DNA from: Meyerozyma guilliermondii
Taxonomy: Eukaryota
Direction of reading: 5' to 3'
DNA: 64,000 nucleotides
NCBI GenBank assembly: GCA_051546255.1
Contig: CP128819.1
Location: 744,001 to 808,000 of the forward strand
Part shown: one piece after another, positions 26,450-36,366 of the stretch
Numbering within the stretch: position 1 is the stretch's first letter
Layout of the letters: the number at the start of each line of letters is the position of its first letter
Position numbers and translations under genes: made by a program
Notes under the pieces: model-generated
Databases searched by the model: none
Told to the model about the DNA's origin: nothing
The model's input: only the letters and a program-made list of their open reading frames with translations

Positions 26450-26544
26450 TCGATCTGTTCCAAAAGTTTTCAAAACCACTTAATAACGTTTTTCCTGCAC
26501 ACACTCGCCTACATCGAATAGTGCGTATCATTGAAGGTGATGTT

Positions 26545-27522
26545 ATGGGAAATTCCAGAGTGCCGACAGAGCTCGTTGACGACCTCTTTCACCCTCGTGC
26601 TCCTGGTGAGCGACGAACAGTGTACCCAGAACAAATATTACAACTTTCAGACAACGGATTGCGATATAACGCCTGTTTTCAACGGTACACTCGGCAGTTT
26701 GTAGACGACCGTCCCGACCAGATGGTTCGATGGCATGGATCTGCTATTGAGAATGCCCTGAACAGCATCATTACTGTGTGGAACGAGAACGATCGAGGTG
26801 TTGTTTCGCGAGAACGAAACGAAAAGGACCAGGCTTCCACGCGAGCAAATGCAGCTACATCACTCTTTTCTTGGTCGACCGATAAAAGTTACCTTGAGCA
26901 AAAGAGAGCCAAAAATTCCACCAGCGACCACAGTCCCCCAAAGCCAGAAGCCAGAGAAAAATCGAGATTCCAGACGTCCGAGTCATTGAGTAACAAGCTC
27001 GGTCGAATCGTGGAGATCGAGTCGAATAGATTCATACGGGCACGGCTCAAAGAGATAAGTCTTCACCACAGCGAGCAGATGTCGCAGCAAATCAGTGAGC
27101 GAAAGCGTAGAGACCACGAACGACATTTGGAGCGGTTGAAGTTGAAGGAAGAACAGTACAACAAAGAGCTCGAGCAGGCGATGAAGGAGAAGAAGGGCGG
27201 ATTTTTTTCTCTTTTCAACTTCAGCAATCAACAGCTGAATGTGCTGCCTTCTAAATCAGATCTCTTTAACGAAACTCTCTTTGATGTTGAGGAAGCAGAG
27301 TCCCCCTCCAAGCCGTCCTCAGTAGCGGAGAGTCCCAGAAAAAAAATTGATGATGATGCTGGTGACACTTCCGATGAGGACTTTACTGAGTTCACGACAA
27401 GCCCGCCGCCGCTGATGCCACCACTGGTGCTGCCACTGGTGTCACAGCTGGTTCCCACGACAGCAACTCTGAAGGTGGACCACAAGCACGAAAGTAATGA
27501 TGTTAGTCTATTAGATTTATAG
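26545..27522 (+). CDS. Uncharacterised protein with coiled coil, acidic DFxxF motif and C-terminal LLDL
   Basis: 325-aa ORF from ATG 26545, divergent from CGI121. Charged helical middle and S/P-rich tail. Confidence 0.7.
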   Translation: MGNSRVPTELVDDLFHPRAPGERRTVYPEQILQLSDNGLRYNACFQRYTRQFVDDRPDQMVRWHGSAIENALNSIITVWNENDRGVVSRERNEKDQASTRANAATSLFSWSTDKSYLEQKRAKNSTSDHSPPKPEAREKSRFQTSESLSNKLGRIVEIESNRFIRARLKEISLHHSEQMSQQISERKRRDHERHLERLKLKEEQYNKELEQAMKEKKGGFFSLFNFSNQQLNVLPSKSDLFNETLFDVEEAESPSKPSSVAESPRKKIDDDAGDTSDEDFTEFTTSPPPLMPPLVLPLVSQLVPTTATLKVDHKHESNDVSLLDL

Positions 27523-27604
27523 ATGATGTAGTCTATCTTATAGATGCTTATGATGACTATCTTATGATGTAAGTCTATCTTATGCTTATAATGACTATAG
27601 ATGC
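27519..27604. repeat. Degenerate short tandem repeat (CTATCTTAT / ATAGATG units) between convergent genes
   Basis: CTATCTTAT x3 and ATAGATG x3 within 86 bp. Confidence 0.6.
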
Positions 27605-27606
27605 TG

Positions 27607-28572
27607 TCATGCCTTTTCTCGTTGGACCAAACAGCCCAATCCCATGAATGCCTGGTCCAATGCTCGTTCGTATACTGCTTCCGGTCGCCAGCCTGCTCCA
27701 AGGTATTCTTTGTCTTTTGCAAGTTTGGCCAAATGAGGTTCATTGTACTGGTTATCCAACGTGTAGTATGATGTGAGGTCTCGGTCGCCCTGGAATGGTG
27801 TGAATGGAGTCTTGGGCATCTCAGCAGCCAATGCCTTGGCATGTTGAGCAAGAGGGTTGGTGTTCTCGAACTGCTGTTCTAGTTGGCTGGTGATCTGTTG
27901 GAGTTGCTGCTTACGCATAGACAACCTCTTGTTGACCCGAGAATTGTTCTGTGCGATAATCTCATCGGAATCAATGTTAGAGGAGGAAAGACGATCCAAC
28001 AATGATTGTTTCTGTTGTTTCTGATACTCCAAATCTTCCAACTCCATTTGATGCTGAATCTTCAACTTCTCCTGCTTCATGCGCTCCATGGCTTCCTGGT
28101 ACTTTTCCAAATCGGACGTCTTTTGACTCTCTCTCATATTGATCTCGAGTATATCAATTTTGTGGTCTTGTTCATACTTTTTGATTTCTTGTTCTGTAGC
28201 TTCTACGTCAACTCCGTTGATAAGATTGAATACCAAGGTTTCCACATGCTCCAAATACAGATTGTATTCCTTAAGATCATCGAAATCGTCTTCGGTCTTG
28301 TTGTATATGGCACTGATTCTACGACGAAGATCCACTTCTTTTTCGATTTTCAAGTCGTCAAAAACCTGTTTTTTGAACTTGTTCTTCCTCAAAATCTTCC
28401 CACATTTGGGATACGGACACGGAGCTGGTCCTAATGAGAATATTCGGTCGACACATGATTCACAAATGTTGTGGTAGCATTCTGGATTTATCAAAAAATT
28501 CATGTTGGGAGACAAGTACCTATCGGTCTTGCAAATGGGACACATGTCCCGTGAGCGTTCATCGTCTATCAT
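27607..28572 (-). CDS. TFB3: TFIIH/CAK subunit Tfb3 (MAT1)
   Basis: RING finger CPICKTDRYLSP..CYHNICESCVDRIF..CPYPKC and the MAT1 motif EKEVDLRRRI. Confidence 0.96.
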   Translation of the reverse strand: MIDDERSRDMCPICKTDRYLSPNMNFLINPECYHNICESCVDRIFSLGPAPCPYPKCGKILRKNKFKKQVFDDLKIEKEVDLRRRISAIYNKTEDDFDDLKEYNLYLEHVETLVFNLINGVDVEATEQEIKKYEQDHKIDILEINMRESQKTSDLEKYQEAMERMKQEKLKIQHQMELEDLEYQKQQKQSLLDRLSSSNIDSDEIIAQNNSRVNKRLSMRKQQLQQITSQLEQQFENTNPLAQHAKALAAEMPKTPFTPFQGDRDLTSYYTLDNQYNEPHLAKLAKDKEYLGAGWRPEAVYERALDQAFMGLGCLVQREKA

Positions 28573-28666
28573 GGCAAAGTTTCGGTTATTAATAATTGTG
28601 CAAGCTTAATTCAATCTCCATTCTGATGGAACTTGCACCCAATGCACCCGCATCCAAATCTGATTG

Positions 28667-29920
28667 ATGTCTAGAGACTGGAAGATGCCGCCGTCTCTAC
28701 CGCCTCCTTTACAAGTACTTGTGCAATCGGTGGTGCCATTTTTGGTATTATTGGCGTTTGCTTACTCGAACTATGCCATAGGGTATCGTTTGGGTTACAA
28801 GGAGATCTACGAGCACAATTCTCATGGCGCAGCGATAACATTATGGGTTTTATTTGGGTTTAGTCAAACGATAACTTTCTACTATTGGCTCCAGGTGTAC
28901 ATCAAGGGTCCTGGGATGAGTCCCGTGTTTCCTGCTTTTGATTTGTATGCAAATATTGATTCTTTACCGGAATATTTCATGTGTGATGAGAATGGATATC
29001 CATACTGGTGCACCACATGTCAGTCATTAAAGGTCCCTAGAAGCTTTCATTCCCGACGATCAAACTACTGCATACTCAAGTTTGATCATTATTGCATTTG
29101 GTTGGGAAGTCTGCTTGGCGTTTCCAATTATATTTATTTCTTTAAGCTTGCCGTGTGGCTCATAGTGATGATAATTATAGCCTTGGTTTTCTTGATCGTG
29201 TACACAAAATCAAACCGAGACCGTGGCACCCATGCCATCGATGGAAACTTCATTGCCATGTATGTTGTGGCTGGTTTTTGGTTCATCATGGCTGGTGGGT
29301 TGCTTGTTAGCCATATCTGGTATATTCTACGGGGATTAACAACCATGGATGATCTTTCCGTCAAACAGCAAAAACGCTACTTGCGCTGGCAGCAGGCGAA
29401 ACAAGCTGGGAAAGCAGGAAACCGGCCATCTCCCCGTCAGGAAGACGGTAAACGCTACATAAATCTTCGTCACCAAGATGGGTCCCGAGTTGTCGTTCGT
29501 TATAGCATCAAGGACCGGCCATATTCCTTCTCTCCGAGCCGAAACTGGATCCATACATTCCTCAATGGCAACTCTCTCGTCTACAATGACATTTTACCAG
29601 AGACCAAGTATACGTTTTCTCGGCTCATTGCAGCCATAGCAGTTTCATTTGTTCCATTTACGGAAACCCTTTTCAGATCAAAAACCAAAACTTCCGATCC
29701 CCCTTCCGTTACCGACCATTATAACGATTATAACCAAGCAATTTCACCTTCTTTTCGAAATTTAATTGAAAGCAAAATTGCTGCTGGAGACTTCACAATT
29801 GCAGCTCATTATCGAGCCTTTACAGAAGCGGAAGCAAAGACAGTGTCAGAGAGAGATACGAGCGATACTAAGGGTATAATTGATACTAACGGTATGAGCG
29901 AAACTACTGATCTAAATTAG
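28667..29920 (+). CDS. PFA5: DHHC-family palmitoyltransferase with DHYC variant
   Basis: Four hydrophobic segments, CTTCQSLKVPRSFH...KFDHYCIWLG and the TTxD motif. DHYC variant and adjacency to TFB3 match S. cerevisiae PFA5. Confidence 0.85.
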   Translation: MSRDWKMPPSLPPPLQVLVQSVVPFLVLLAFAYSNYAIGYRLGYKEIYEHNSHGAAITLWVLFGFSQTITFYYWLQVYIKGPGMSPVFPAFDLYANIDSLPEYFMCDENGYPYWCTTCQSLKVPRSFHSRRSNYCILKFDHYCIWLGSLLGVSNYIYFFKLAVWLIVMIIIALVFLIVYTKSNRDRGTHAIDGNFIAMYVVAGFWFIMAGGLLVSHIWYILRGLTTMDDLSVKQQKRYLRWQQAKQAGKAGNRPSPRQEDGKRYINLRHQDGSRVVVRYSIKDRPYSFSPSRNWIHTFLNGNSLVYNDILPETKYTFSRLIAAIAVSFVPFTETLFRSKTKTSDPPSVTDHYNDYNQAISPSFRNLIESKIAAGDFTIAAHYRAFTEAEAKTVSERDTSDTKGIIDTNGMSETTDLN

Positions 29921-29988
29921 CATATATAATACATTAGGGTGGTTCGCATTCTTCATCGCAGCTGCGAAATCTAATCTAATCTCATCTT

Positions 29989-31317
29989 ATGAATTTAATC
30001 GGAGAAATCGTAGAGAAGGAAATCGAGCCACCCGCAGAATTTAAGGCATCTGATATAACATCAGGGTTCCCCGCAGCTGATCTTTTGAAGAAGAAGCGTG
30101 CTCTGAAGTTCAAATCGGCCCAAAAAGCAAATATCACCAAAGCACCAAATAATCAGAATGACACCAAACCCACCAAAAATACCCTGGAGGCCCAGAAAAT
30201 ACACCAAGAGAACCTTGACAAGATAGCAAGTATGACTGATGCTGAAATTATGCAAGAACAACAAGAATTACTAAGTGGACTTGATCCCAATTTGGTCAAA
30301 AATTTGCTTAAGCGAAGTACGGCTCGTTCGAAAGACCACCATGATGACCACCAGCATGCGGAGGGGTACGATGGATGGATAGGTGGCGCTAGGGATGGAT
30401 CTAAGGCTGATTTGGGTCACTTGGATGAGAATGATGTAAATCGAGCTCTAGGCTTGAACGACAGTACCAAGAAGTCAGTGAGTTTTGCGCCCACCATAGA
30501 CTACCAGGAGCTTGATGACGGCGAAAAGCAGAATCTTGGCACCTGGGAAGACGTGGACGATGTGAAACAGTTGGCTGTTAATACGAATGCTGTTGAACCA
30601 GACGACCAGGTTGCGCCAGAAGAGTACCAGCTTTTGTCTGAGGAAGCAGAAAACGGAGAAGAAGGCGTTCATTTTCCCAAGCCAGTAAGTGATAAAGATG
30701 AGGATCTTGATCTTGACGACCCCAATTTTTTCGATAAACTTCACGACAAGTATTATCCTGATCTACCCAAGGAGACCAGTAAGCTCTCCTGGATGACCAC
30801 TCCCGTTCCACAAATCGTCCACACTACGTATGAGTCAGTTTCCGACATACGATTTGACTTTAAGGGAAACATTGTCGAACTTCCAGACACAAAAGAGTCT
30901 ATTAATAAGATTCCGACCTATCTAGGACTCCACCACCATTCCGATTCTCCAAATCTTGCGGGCTATACCTTGCCTGAACTTGCACATTTGTCGAGGTCTG
31001 TAGTTCCTGGACAGAGGTGTATCAGTATCAAGACCCTAGGTAGAATTCTTCACAAGTTGGGACTACACAAGTACAACGTTGCCGCAGAAGTGAGCGCTGA
31101 AATCAACGAACAATTTGAAGACATGATCTGGAGTATTGTTGAAGAACTTCGCATTATAGACACCTTGACTGAGGCTGCGGACGAAAACAGAACCAAGAAC
31201 TTGTCGGTTCGAAACTATGCCTTGGAAGCACTTTGGTTGTGGAGACAAGGAGGAGGAAGAAAAGGTAGAAAAGAAAAGCATTCCATCGAGGAAAACATAG
31301 AAGACTACATTAGTTGA
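29989..31317 (+). CDS. RBA50: RNA polymerase II assembly factor Rba50 (RPAP1)
   Basis: Motifs MNLIGEIVEKE, IHQENLDKIASM, RFDFKG and GLHHHS..P..AGYTLPELAHLSRS..PGQR. Confidence 0.93.
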   Translation: MNLIGEIVEKEIEPPAEFKASDITSGFPAADLLKKKRALKFKSAQKANITKAPNNQNDTKPTKNTLEAQKIHQENLDKIASMTDAEIMQEQQELLSGLDPNLVKNLLKRSTARSKDHHDDHQHAEGYDGWIGGARDGSKADLGHLDENDVNRALGLNDSTKKSVSFAPTIDYQELDDGEKQNLGTWEDVDDVKQLAVNTNAVEPDDQVAPEEYQLLSEEAENGEEGVHFPKPVSDKDEDLDLDDPNFFDKLHDKYYPDLPKETSKLSWMTTPVPQIVHTTYESVSDIRFDFKGNIVELPDTKESINKIPTYLGLHHHSDSPNLAGYTLPELAHLSRSVVPGQRCISIKTLGRILHKLGLHKYNVAAEVSAEINEQFEDMIWSIVEELRIIDTLTEAADENRTKNLSVRNYALEALWLWRQGGGRKGRKEKHSIEENIEDYIS

Positions 31318-31319
31318 TT

Positions 31320-31535
31320 GCATGTACATATCCGTATAACGAACAAGTGGTAAAACTAGTACTTGTTCAATATAATGGTGATTCAAAGTCACAACACAAA
31401 ACGTGAAAGTGGTTGAATCGCTGCTGTTTAAAACAGCAGAAAAAAAGGATAGACTTGTTCTACGCACATAGACACATCGAGCCGGTCAAGGAGGGCTGGG
31501 TAGCCAACTGGTCAACTTAAGTTGTGCGTGGCTAC
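31320..31535 (-). ncRNA. SNR84: Box H/ACA snoRNA, probable snR84 orthologue (ends approximate)
   Basis: The minus strand has a lower stem ACGCACA/TGTGCGT followed directly by H box AGAACA (31461-31456). Pocket strands ACTTAA and GTGTC are complementary to 25S H69 GACUC-U-C-UUAAG with one mismatch, 14 nt from the H box. A multi-hairpin 3' domain is closed by TATCC/GGATA, with ACA at 31325-31323. Convergent with RBA50, as I recall for S. cerevisiae SNR84. Confidence 0.7.
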
Positions 31536-31858
31536 AAAGAAAATGGTAATGTATGTATTGGAGTAGAATGTAAAAAAAATTGTCTAGTGAAAATAATAGG
31601 TGTTTTATGCAGTCCGCGACATAGGAAGAGAATGAAAGGAGATCATAAAGGTAATCACACCTTATGTTTTACTGAATCGATATGATTACGAATTTGCAGC
31701 CTTTCTACGAAACCATGTTGACATCATTTTTCACATTTCATATAAAGCTACAAACAAACCGGTCTCGGGACTGGTATAATTGAGTCCAATTAAGCACAAA
31801 TTAGCCGAATTGAGCACAAATTATCAAAAGTCCAATGGAGTACAGATTTGCATTCTCC

Positions 31859-32092
31859 TTAACCAGTAGAACCGTAAGTAGCCCCGTTGTCACCTCCCAA
31901 GCTTACATAGGACTCACTGTAAGGGTAGCACAGAATGATGTAATAGCAGTGAAGTAAACCAGGAATAAAGCCAAGAAGACACAACAAAATGTTGATCCAG
32001 AAATCAGGCGATGCAATTCCCCTCTTCACCAACACGGGAATAGGAGGAATGAAGAAGCCTATCAAGACCAAGAGCCAATCACGAGCATGCAT
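31859..32092 (-). CDS. SNA2: Pmp3/Sna-family small membrane proteolipid
   Basis: MHARDW start, FIPPIPVLVKRG, INILLCLLGFIPGLLH, ISCYPY (CTG=Ser) and C-terminal YGS. Confidence 0.85.
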   Translation of the reverse strand: MHARDWLLVLIGFFIPPIPVLVKRGIASPDFWINILLCLLGFIPGLLHCYYIILCYPYSESYVSLGGDNGATYGSTG

Positions 32093-32479
32093 GACGAGTA
32101 TCAGAAGCTATATTTGGTAGGATGAACGAAAGAGGTTCAATAGCAATAGTAGCAAGGAGTCAATCACCCGCACTGATAAAGAATATGACCTTGACCCGTA
32201 CACCCATAGTTGGGGCGAAGTGGTGCGACCGCCCAGGGAATTTCTACGAAAAGCGATCGAGAGAAAGGACGAAATAAATTTTTTTATTCGGAAAATGTTA
32301 GCTATAGGTGCTACTAACTATATCCGCTGTTGAAAAGACTTTTTTAAAAGACTTTTCTAATTGTCTTTTTTAGTTTCCTTTTTTCCATCAAGTTCTTTCC
32401 TTTCCGTTCCTTGGCCCCGCTCTGCATATCATCTCGTGCCTCAACTAAATTATAGTTCCACTTACGGTATTTTGCCACC

Positions 32480-33574
32480 ATGGTATTCACCACACCAACG
32501 CTTTCGTACGAAGCGGTAGAATACGCAAACAACTGCAGTGAACCCCAATGGGTGCCCAAGAAGCTCACCTTAACCAAGCAGAAAAATAGCGAAGAATACG
32601 GCGCTGGTGACCACCAAATTCTCGTCAGGGTCCATGCTGCGTCTTTGAATCCAGTGGACTCGATGTTGTACAACACCTATAATCGTGTGGTTGGATATTT
32701 GAAAGGAAGGCTGGGAATGGGCATTGATTACTCTGGTACAATTGTCAGTATTGGAGTCTCTGCCGCCAAGAAAACCGACTTGACGGTGGGCGATGAAGTT
32801 TGTGGGATGTATATGCACCCATTTTTTTCCGGAACGGTAGCAGAATACTTGCTTATAGACCCCAAAAAGGATCCGGCTATCACTCGAAAGCCGAGGTCAA
32901 TTGACTTAACAATGGCGTCTGCTTGGCCCTTGGTATACGGCACAGCACACCAGATGATTGAAGCCACGCGAGTCAAGAAAGGCGACAAGGTATTGGTTCT
33001 TGGAGGCGCTACTGCAGTGGGCCGTATGGCGATCCAGATTGTGGCCCAGTACTATAATCCCAGCAAGATAGTGGCTACATGTTCTGGAAACTCGGCGCCA
33101 TTGGTAAAAAAGTTGGGAGCTGACGACATCATCGACTACACCAGCTATGCCAGCTTGAAGGAGCCAGTTGAAAGAGAAGCCGCAACTGCCAAATTTGATG
33201 TCATTTTGGACTGCGTTGGCAACAGCGACTTGTTTGGCACGATGGACAAAATTGTTCAAAGAAATGGCCATTACATCACCATTTGCGGTGAAAAGAAACA
33301 CAAATACAATTCCATCTCCTTTGTTTCGGAAGCCTACAGCCAGCTCTTCGTTGTTGCAAGAACCGTGCTTTGTTACGTAGGCTACAACCAGTACAACTAC
33401 CGGTTCTTGCTTGCCTCCCCGGGCTCATGGATCCACGATGGAGCCCACCGTTTGGACAACGGCATAGAGGTTGCAATAGACAGCACTTACTCCAAGGCTG
33501 ATTTTGCCAAGGCGTTTGCCCGGTTGCGTTCGAACAGAGCCTCAGGAAAGATTATCGTCAAGTGTACCGAATAA
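32480..33574 (+). CDS. YIM1: MDR-family NAD(P)H quinone oxidoreductase-like protein (Yim1-like)
   Basis: Motifs VHAASLNPVD, GIDYSG, VLVLGGATAVG, LGADDIIDY, FDVILDCVG and RASGKIIV. Confidence 0.7.
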   Translation: MVFTTPTLSYEAVEYANNCSEPQWVPKKLTLTKQKNSEEYGAGDHQILVRVHAASLNPVDSMLYNTYNRVVGYLKGRLGMGIDYSGTIVSIGVSAAKKTDLTVGDEVCGMYMHPFFSGTVAEYLLIDPKKDPAITRKPRSIDLTMASAWPLVYGTAHQMIEATRVKKGDKVLVLGGATAVGRMAIQIVAQYYNPSKIVATCSGNSAPLVKKLGADDIIDYTSYASLKEPVEREAATAKFDVILDCVGNSDLFGTMDKIVQRNGHYITICGEKKHKYNSISFVSEAYSQLFVVARTVLCYVGYNQYNYRFLLASPGSWIHDGAHRLDNGIEVAIDSTYSKADFAKAFARLRSNRASGKIIVKCTE

Positions 33575-33640
33575 GAAACCTAAATAAGCATTAAGCTTAC
33601 AATGCTATCTATATAGTATATTGGTCGACTATTTAATTTC

Positions 33641-33746
33641 TATCTTCTCACTTCATATCTTCTTCTCACTTCATATTTCCTTCCTCTACTTCCTTCCTCA
33701 CTCTTTCCATTTCTTCTCACTTCTTCTCACTCTTCCCTTTCTCACT
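33641..33746 (+). repeat. Pyrimidine-rich CTTCTCACTT repeat array upstream of STE11
   Basis: About five copies of (T)CTTCTCACT(T) with variants. Confidence 0.7.
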
Positions 33747-33800
33747 ACCCTACCTCACATTCCGCTTATCGTGCGCGTCGCTATTCTGCCAACACTTACC

Positions 33801-36089
33801 ATGAGTTCCAGTGTCTTGGAACCTCCAGCACCTTCAGCCGCGCTGACAGAACACCTACCAACGCCCACAAGCGATACCTCGAGTTTGAAGCTGTGGCTTT
33901 CGGATCTCAACTGCCAACAATATGTTCAAAACTTCGTAGACGCTGGCGTAACTTTCGACCTTTTGAGTGAACTAGACACGGCAGCTCTCCGTGAGCTTGG
34001 AGTTACTCGTGTTGGCGATCGTATACGCCTAGAAAATGCCATAGGAGCGCTCAAATTGGAAAAATTAAAGAATATCATCTCGGTGGAAAACTTGTATAAA
34101 ACCCTAGAATTGCAGTTGCTGGCTCCAGGGTCGGCTGGAGGACTCAGAGACGACCGATCTCAAGAGTCTTCGGTAATGTTCTACTCTGGGTCTACGGGAG
34201 GCTCTTCAACGTCGTTTTTACAGCCCAATTCGTCGCTAGCAACAGGGTCTGCGACTTCAAAAGATGGTAAAGATACGAAGACGGTGTCGTTTATTCTATC
34301 CGACGGGTCTGTGAAAAGAGTCAACGTGTCGGGATGCTTCAATGCCCAGAGTATCAAGAGAAAAGTGCTCAAAAGACTCGGGGTTCGACAGCAAGACGAC
34401 CCTTACGCAACATACATCCACACTTCTTCGTCAGAAAATACCCTTAGTCTCTTGTACGACGTCGAGTTGGTGACCATCTGCTACTCCCCTGACCGTCTTG
34501 AGAAAAACAGACTCATACTCTGTCCTCAGGGCGAAGCTCCAACACCCGCTGCTATCGAGACGTCCAAGAAAATTATGCTCAAATTTGAAAGACACAACCG
34601 GATCAAAAGTCACGACGACTTGAGCCAGTATCATATTCCAGCACAACCCAAGCCCCAGGCGCCTACCATGCGTAACTTTTTCGGACAAAGACCTCCAAGT
34701 GAGTTGATTTCGCTGAACTTGGCAGAGTTTTTCCCAGAAGCTCAGCAGAAGGATTTGGAAGCTACAGTTCGGAACTCTGTGCGCTACAGTGTTAACCTTT
34801 CGAAGCGCTTTACGTTGGCATCGGTCGCTGGTAGCGGTAGCTCTGTAATGGGGTCTCGGAATAGTCGAATGAGTGCGCTTCGGACGCCGTCCTTTTCCTC
34901 TGGCGACCAATCTGTCAGACGAAAAGCCAGAACAATTGGCGATATGATGGTGAACAACGTTAATGCCATTGACGACGCCAAGGCATTGAACGATAACCAG
35001 TCTATCTTCAGCAAGAGCTCGGCGGGCCAAGACCAGCGGTCGGTAGTGTCTTCAGTTCGAACCAACAAACCTACCATTTCGGCCAGTTTTGCCGATTCTA
35101 ATGAGAACGATAATCGGTATTCGAGAATAGAACTCTTGAGTATAGACTCAGACGACGAGGACGATGACATATATGGCCAGTATTCGTCATTTGCAGACAG
35201 CGAAACCGTGGACAATATGGATCTATTTGAAGAAGATGGACCTAAAAATTGGCTTCAAGGTGCAAGGATCGGAGCCGGTAGTTTTGGTACCGTATTTTTG
35301 GGAATGAATACGATGACGGGAGAGCTTATGGCTGTTAAGCAAGTGTCTCTTCCTGACAAAACGAAAAATAGCAGTGTTGAAAAACTGCAGCAGAGTTTAA
35401 TCGAAGCTTTGCAACATGAAATGAGTTTGTTGAAAGTATTAAATCACGAAAACATCGTGCGATACTTGGGTTCGTCTACGGATGAAAACTACTTGAACAT
35501 TTTTTTGGAATACGTTCCAGGTGGATCTGTTCAATCTATGCTAAACTCGTATGGACCATTTGAGGAACCTTTGATTCGCAATTTTATACGCCAGATCTTG
35601 ATTGGCTTGAGCTATTTACATGGCGAGGACATTATACACAGAGACATCAAGGGTGCTAACATCTTGATAGACATTAAAGGAACCGTCAAAATTAGTGATT
35701 TTGGAATTTCAAAGAAAGAAAGTTCCAACGAGCTGGAGTCGCAGACACAACTGCGCAGCAGAAGAAGAGCATCGCTACAAGGCTCGGTGTTCTGGATGGC
35801 ACCGGAGGTGGTCAAGCAGACAGCATACACCAAGAAAGCCGATATTTGGTCGGTAGGTTGCTTAATTGTAGAAATGTTCACCGGAAAGCACCCATTTCCC
35901 GACTTGAGCCAAATGCAGGCAATCTTCAAAATTGGCACCCACATAAAACCACAAATACCCGAGTGGTGCACGGCAGAAGCCAAAGACTTTCTAACCAAGA
36001 CGTTTGAAACCGACCACTCGCTTCGGCCCGACGCCGTTGATCTTCTTGAAGATGTGTTTCTAAGTCCATTGATCTTGTCCAAGAAGTAG
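33801..36089 (+). CDS. STE11: MAP kinase kinase kinase Ste11
   Basis: N-terminal SAM domain (WLSDLNCQQY..LRELGV..VGDR), Ras-binding-like region, FFGQRPPSELISSNL and kinase domain (IGAGSFGTV, HRDIKGANIL, SLQGSVFWMAPE). Confidence 0.96.
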   Translation: MSSSVLEPPAPSAALTEHLPTPTSDTSSLKLWLSDLNCQQYVQNFVDAGVTFDLLSELDTAALRELGVTRVGDRIRLENAIGALKLEKLKNIISVENLYKTLELQLLAPGSAGGLRDDRSQESSVMFYSGSTGGSSTSFLQPNSSLATGSATSKDGKDTKTVSFILSDGSVKRVNVSGCFNAQSIKRKVLKRLGVRQQDDPYATYIHTSSSENTLSLLYDVELVTICYSPDRLEKNRLILCPQGEAPTPAAIETSKKIMLKFERHNRIKSHDDLSQYHIPAQPKPQAPTMRNFFGQRPPSELISLNLAEFFPEAQQKDLEATVRNSVRYSVNLSKRFTLASVAGSGSSVMGSRNSRMSALRTPSFSSGDQSVRRKARTIGDMMVNNVNAIDDAKALNDNQSIFSKSSAGQDQRSVVSSVRTNKPTISASFADSNENDNRYSRIELLSIDSDDEDDDIYGQYSSFADSETVDNMDLFEEDGPKNWLQGARIGAGSFGTVFLGMNTMTGELMAVKQVSLPDKTKNSSVEKLQQSLIEALQHEMSLLKVLNHENIVRYLGSSTDENYLNIFLEYVPGGSVQSMLNSYGPFEEPLIRNFIRQILIGLSYLHGEDIIHRDIKGANILIDIKGTVKISDFGISKKESSNELESQTQLRSRRRASLQGSVFWMAPEVVKQTAYTKKADIWSVGCLIVEMFTGKHPFPDLSQMQAIFKIGTHIKPQIPEWCTAEAKDFLTKTFETDHSLRPDAVDLLEDVFLSPLILSKK

Positions 36090-36366
36090 CCGGTGCACTG
36101 GGCCTGGTATCCTGCACAACGTGTGGGAATTGCAACAGACTCTTCGCCTGACCTTCGCGGGACACGACTGCAGGAAAAACTGATCTGCTATTGTGAATAC
36201 ATACCAGGCCCTCGGTTTCGTTCGTTCTGTTGTAATTTTAAAGGTCTACAAGTGATTGTTTTGAACACTTTTGAATTCAATTTTGGATTTCTGCTACACA
36301 GAACTCTCAATTGATCCTAAAGTATGCACTGACCATTCACAACACTTTTGACTCATCTGAAAGATA

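Noticed and set aside
31380..31539. Plus-strand reading of the hairpin cluster as an H/ACA RNA
   Set aside because: Pocket-to-ACA spacing is wrong and no rRNA target was found. The minus strand gives correct spacing and a target.
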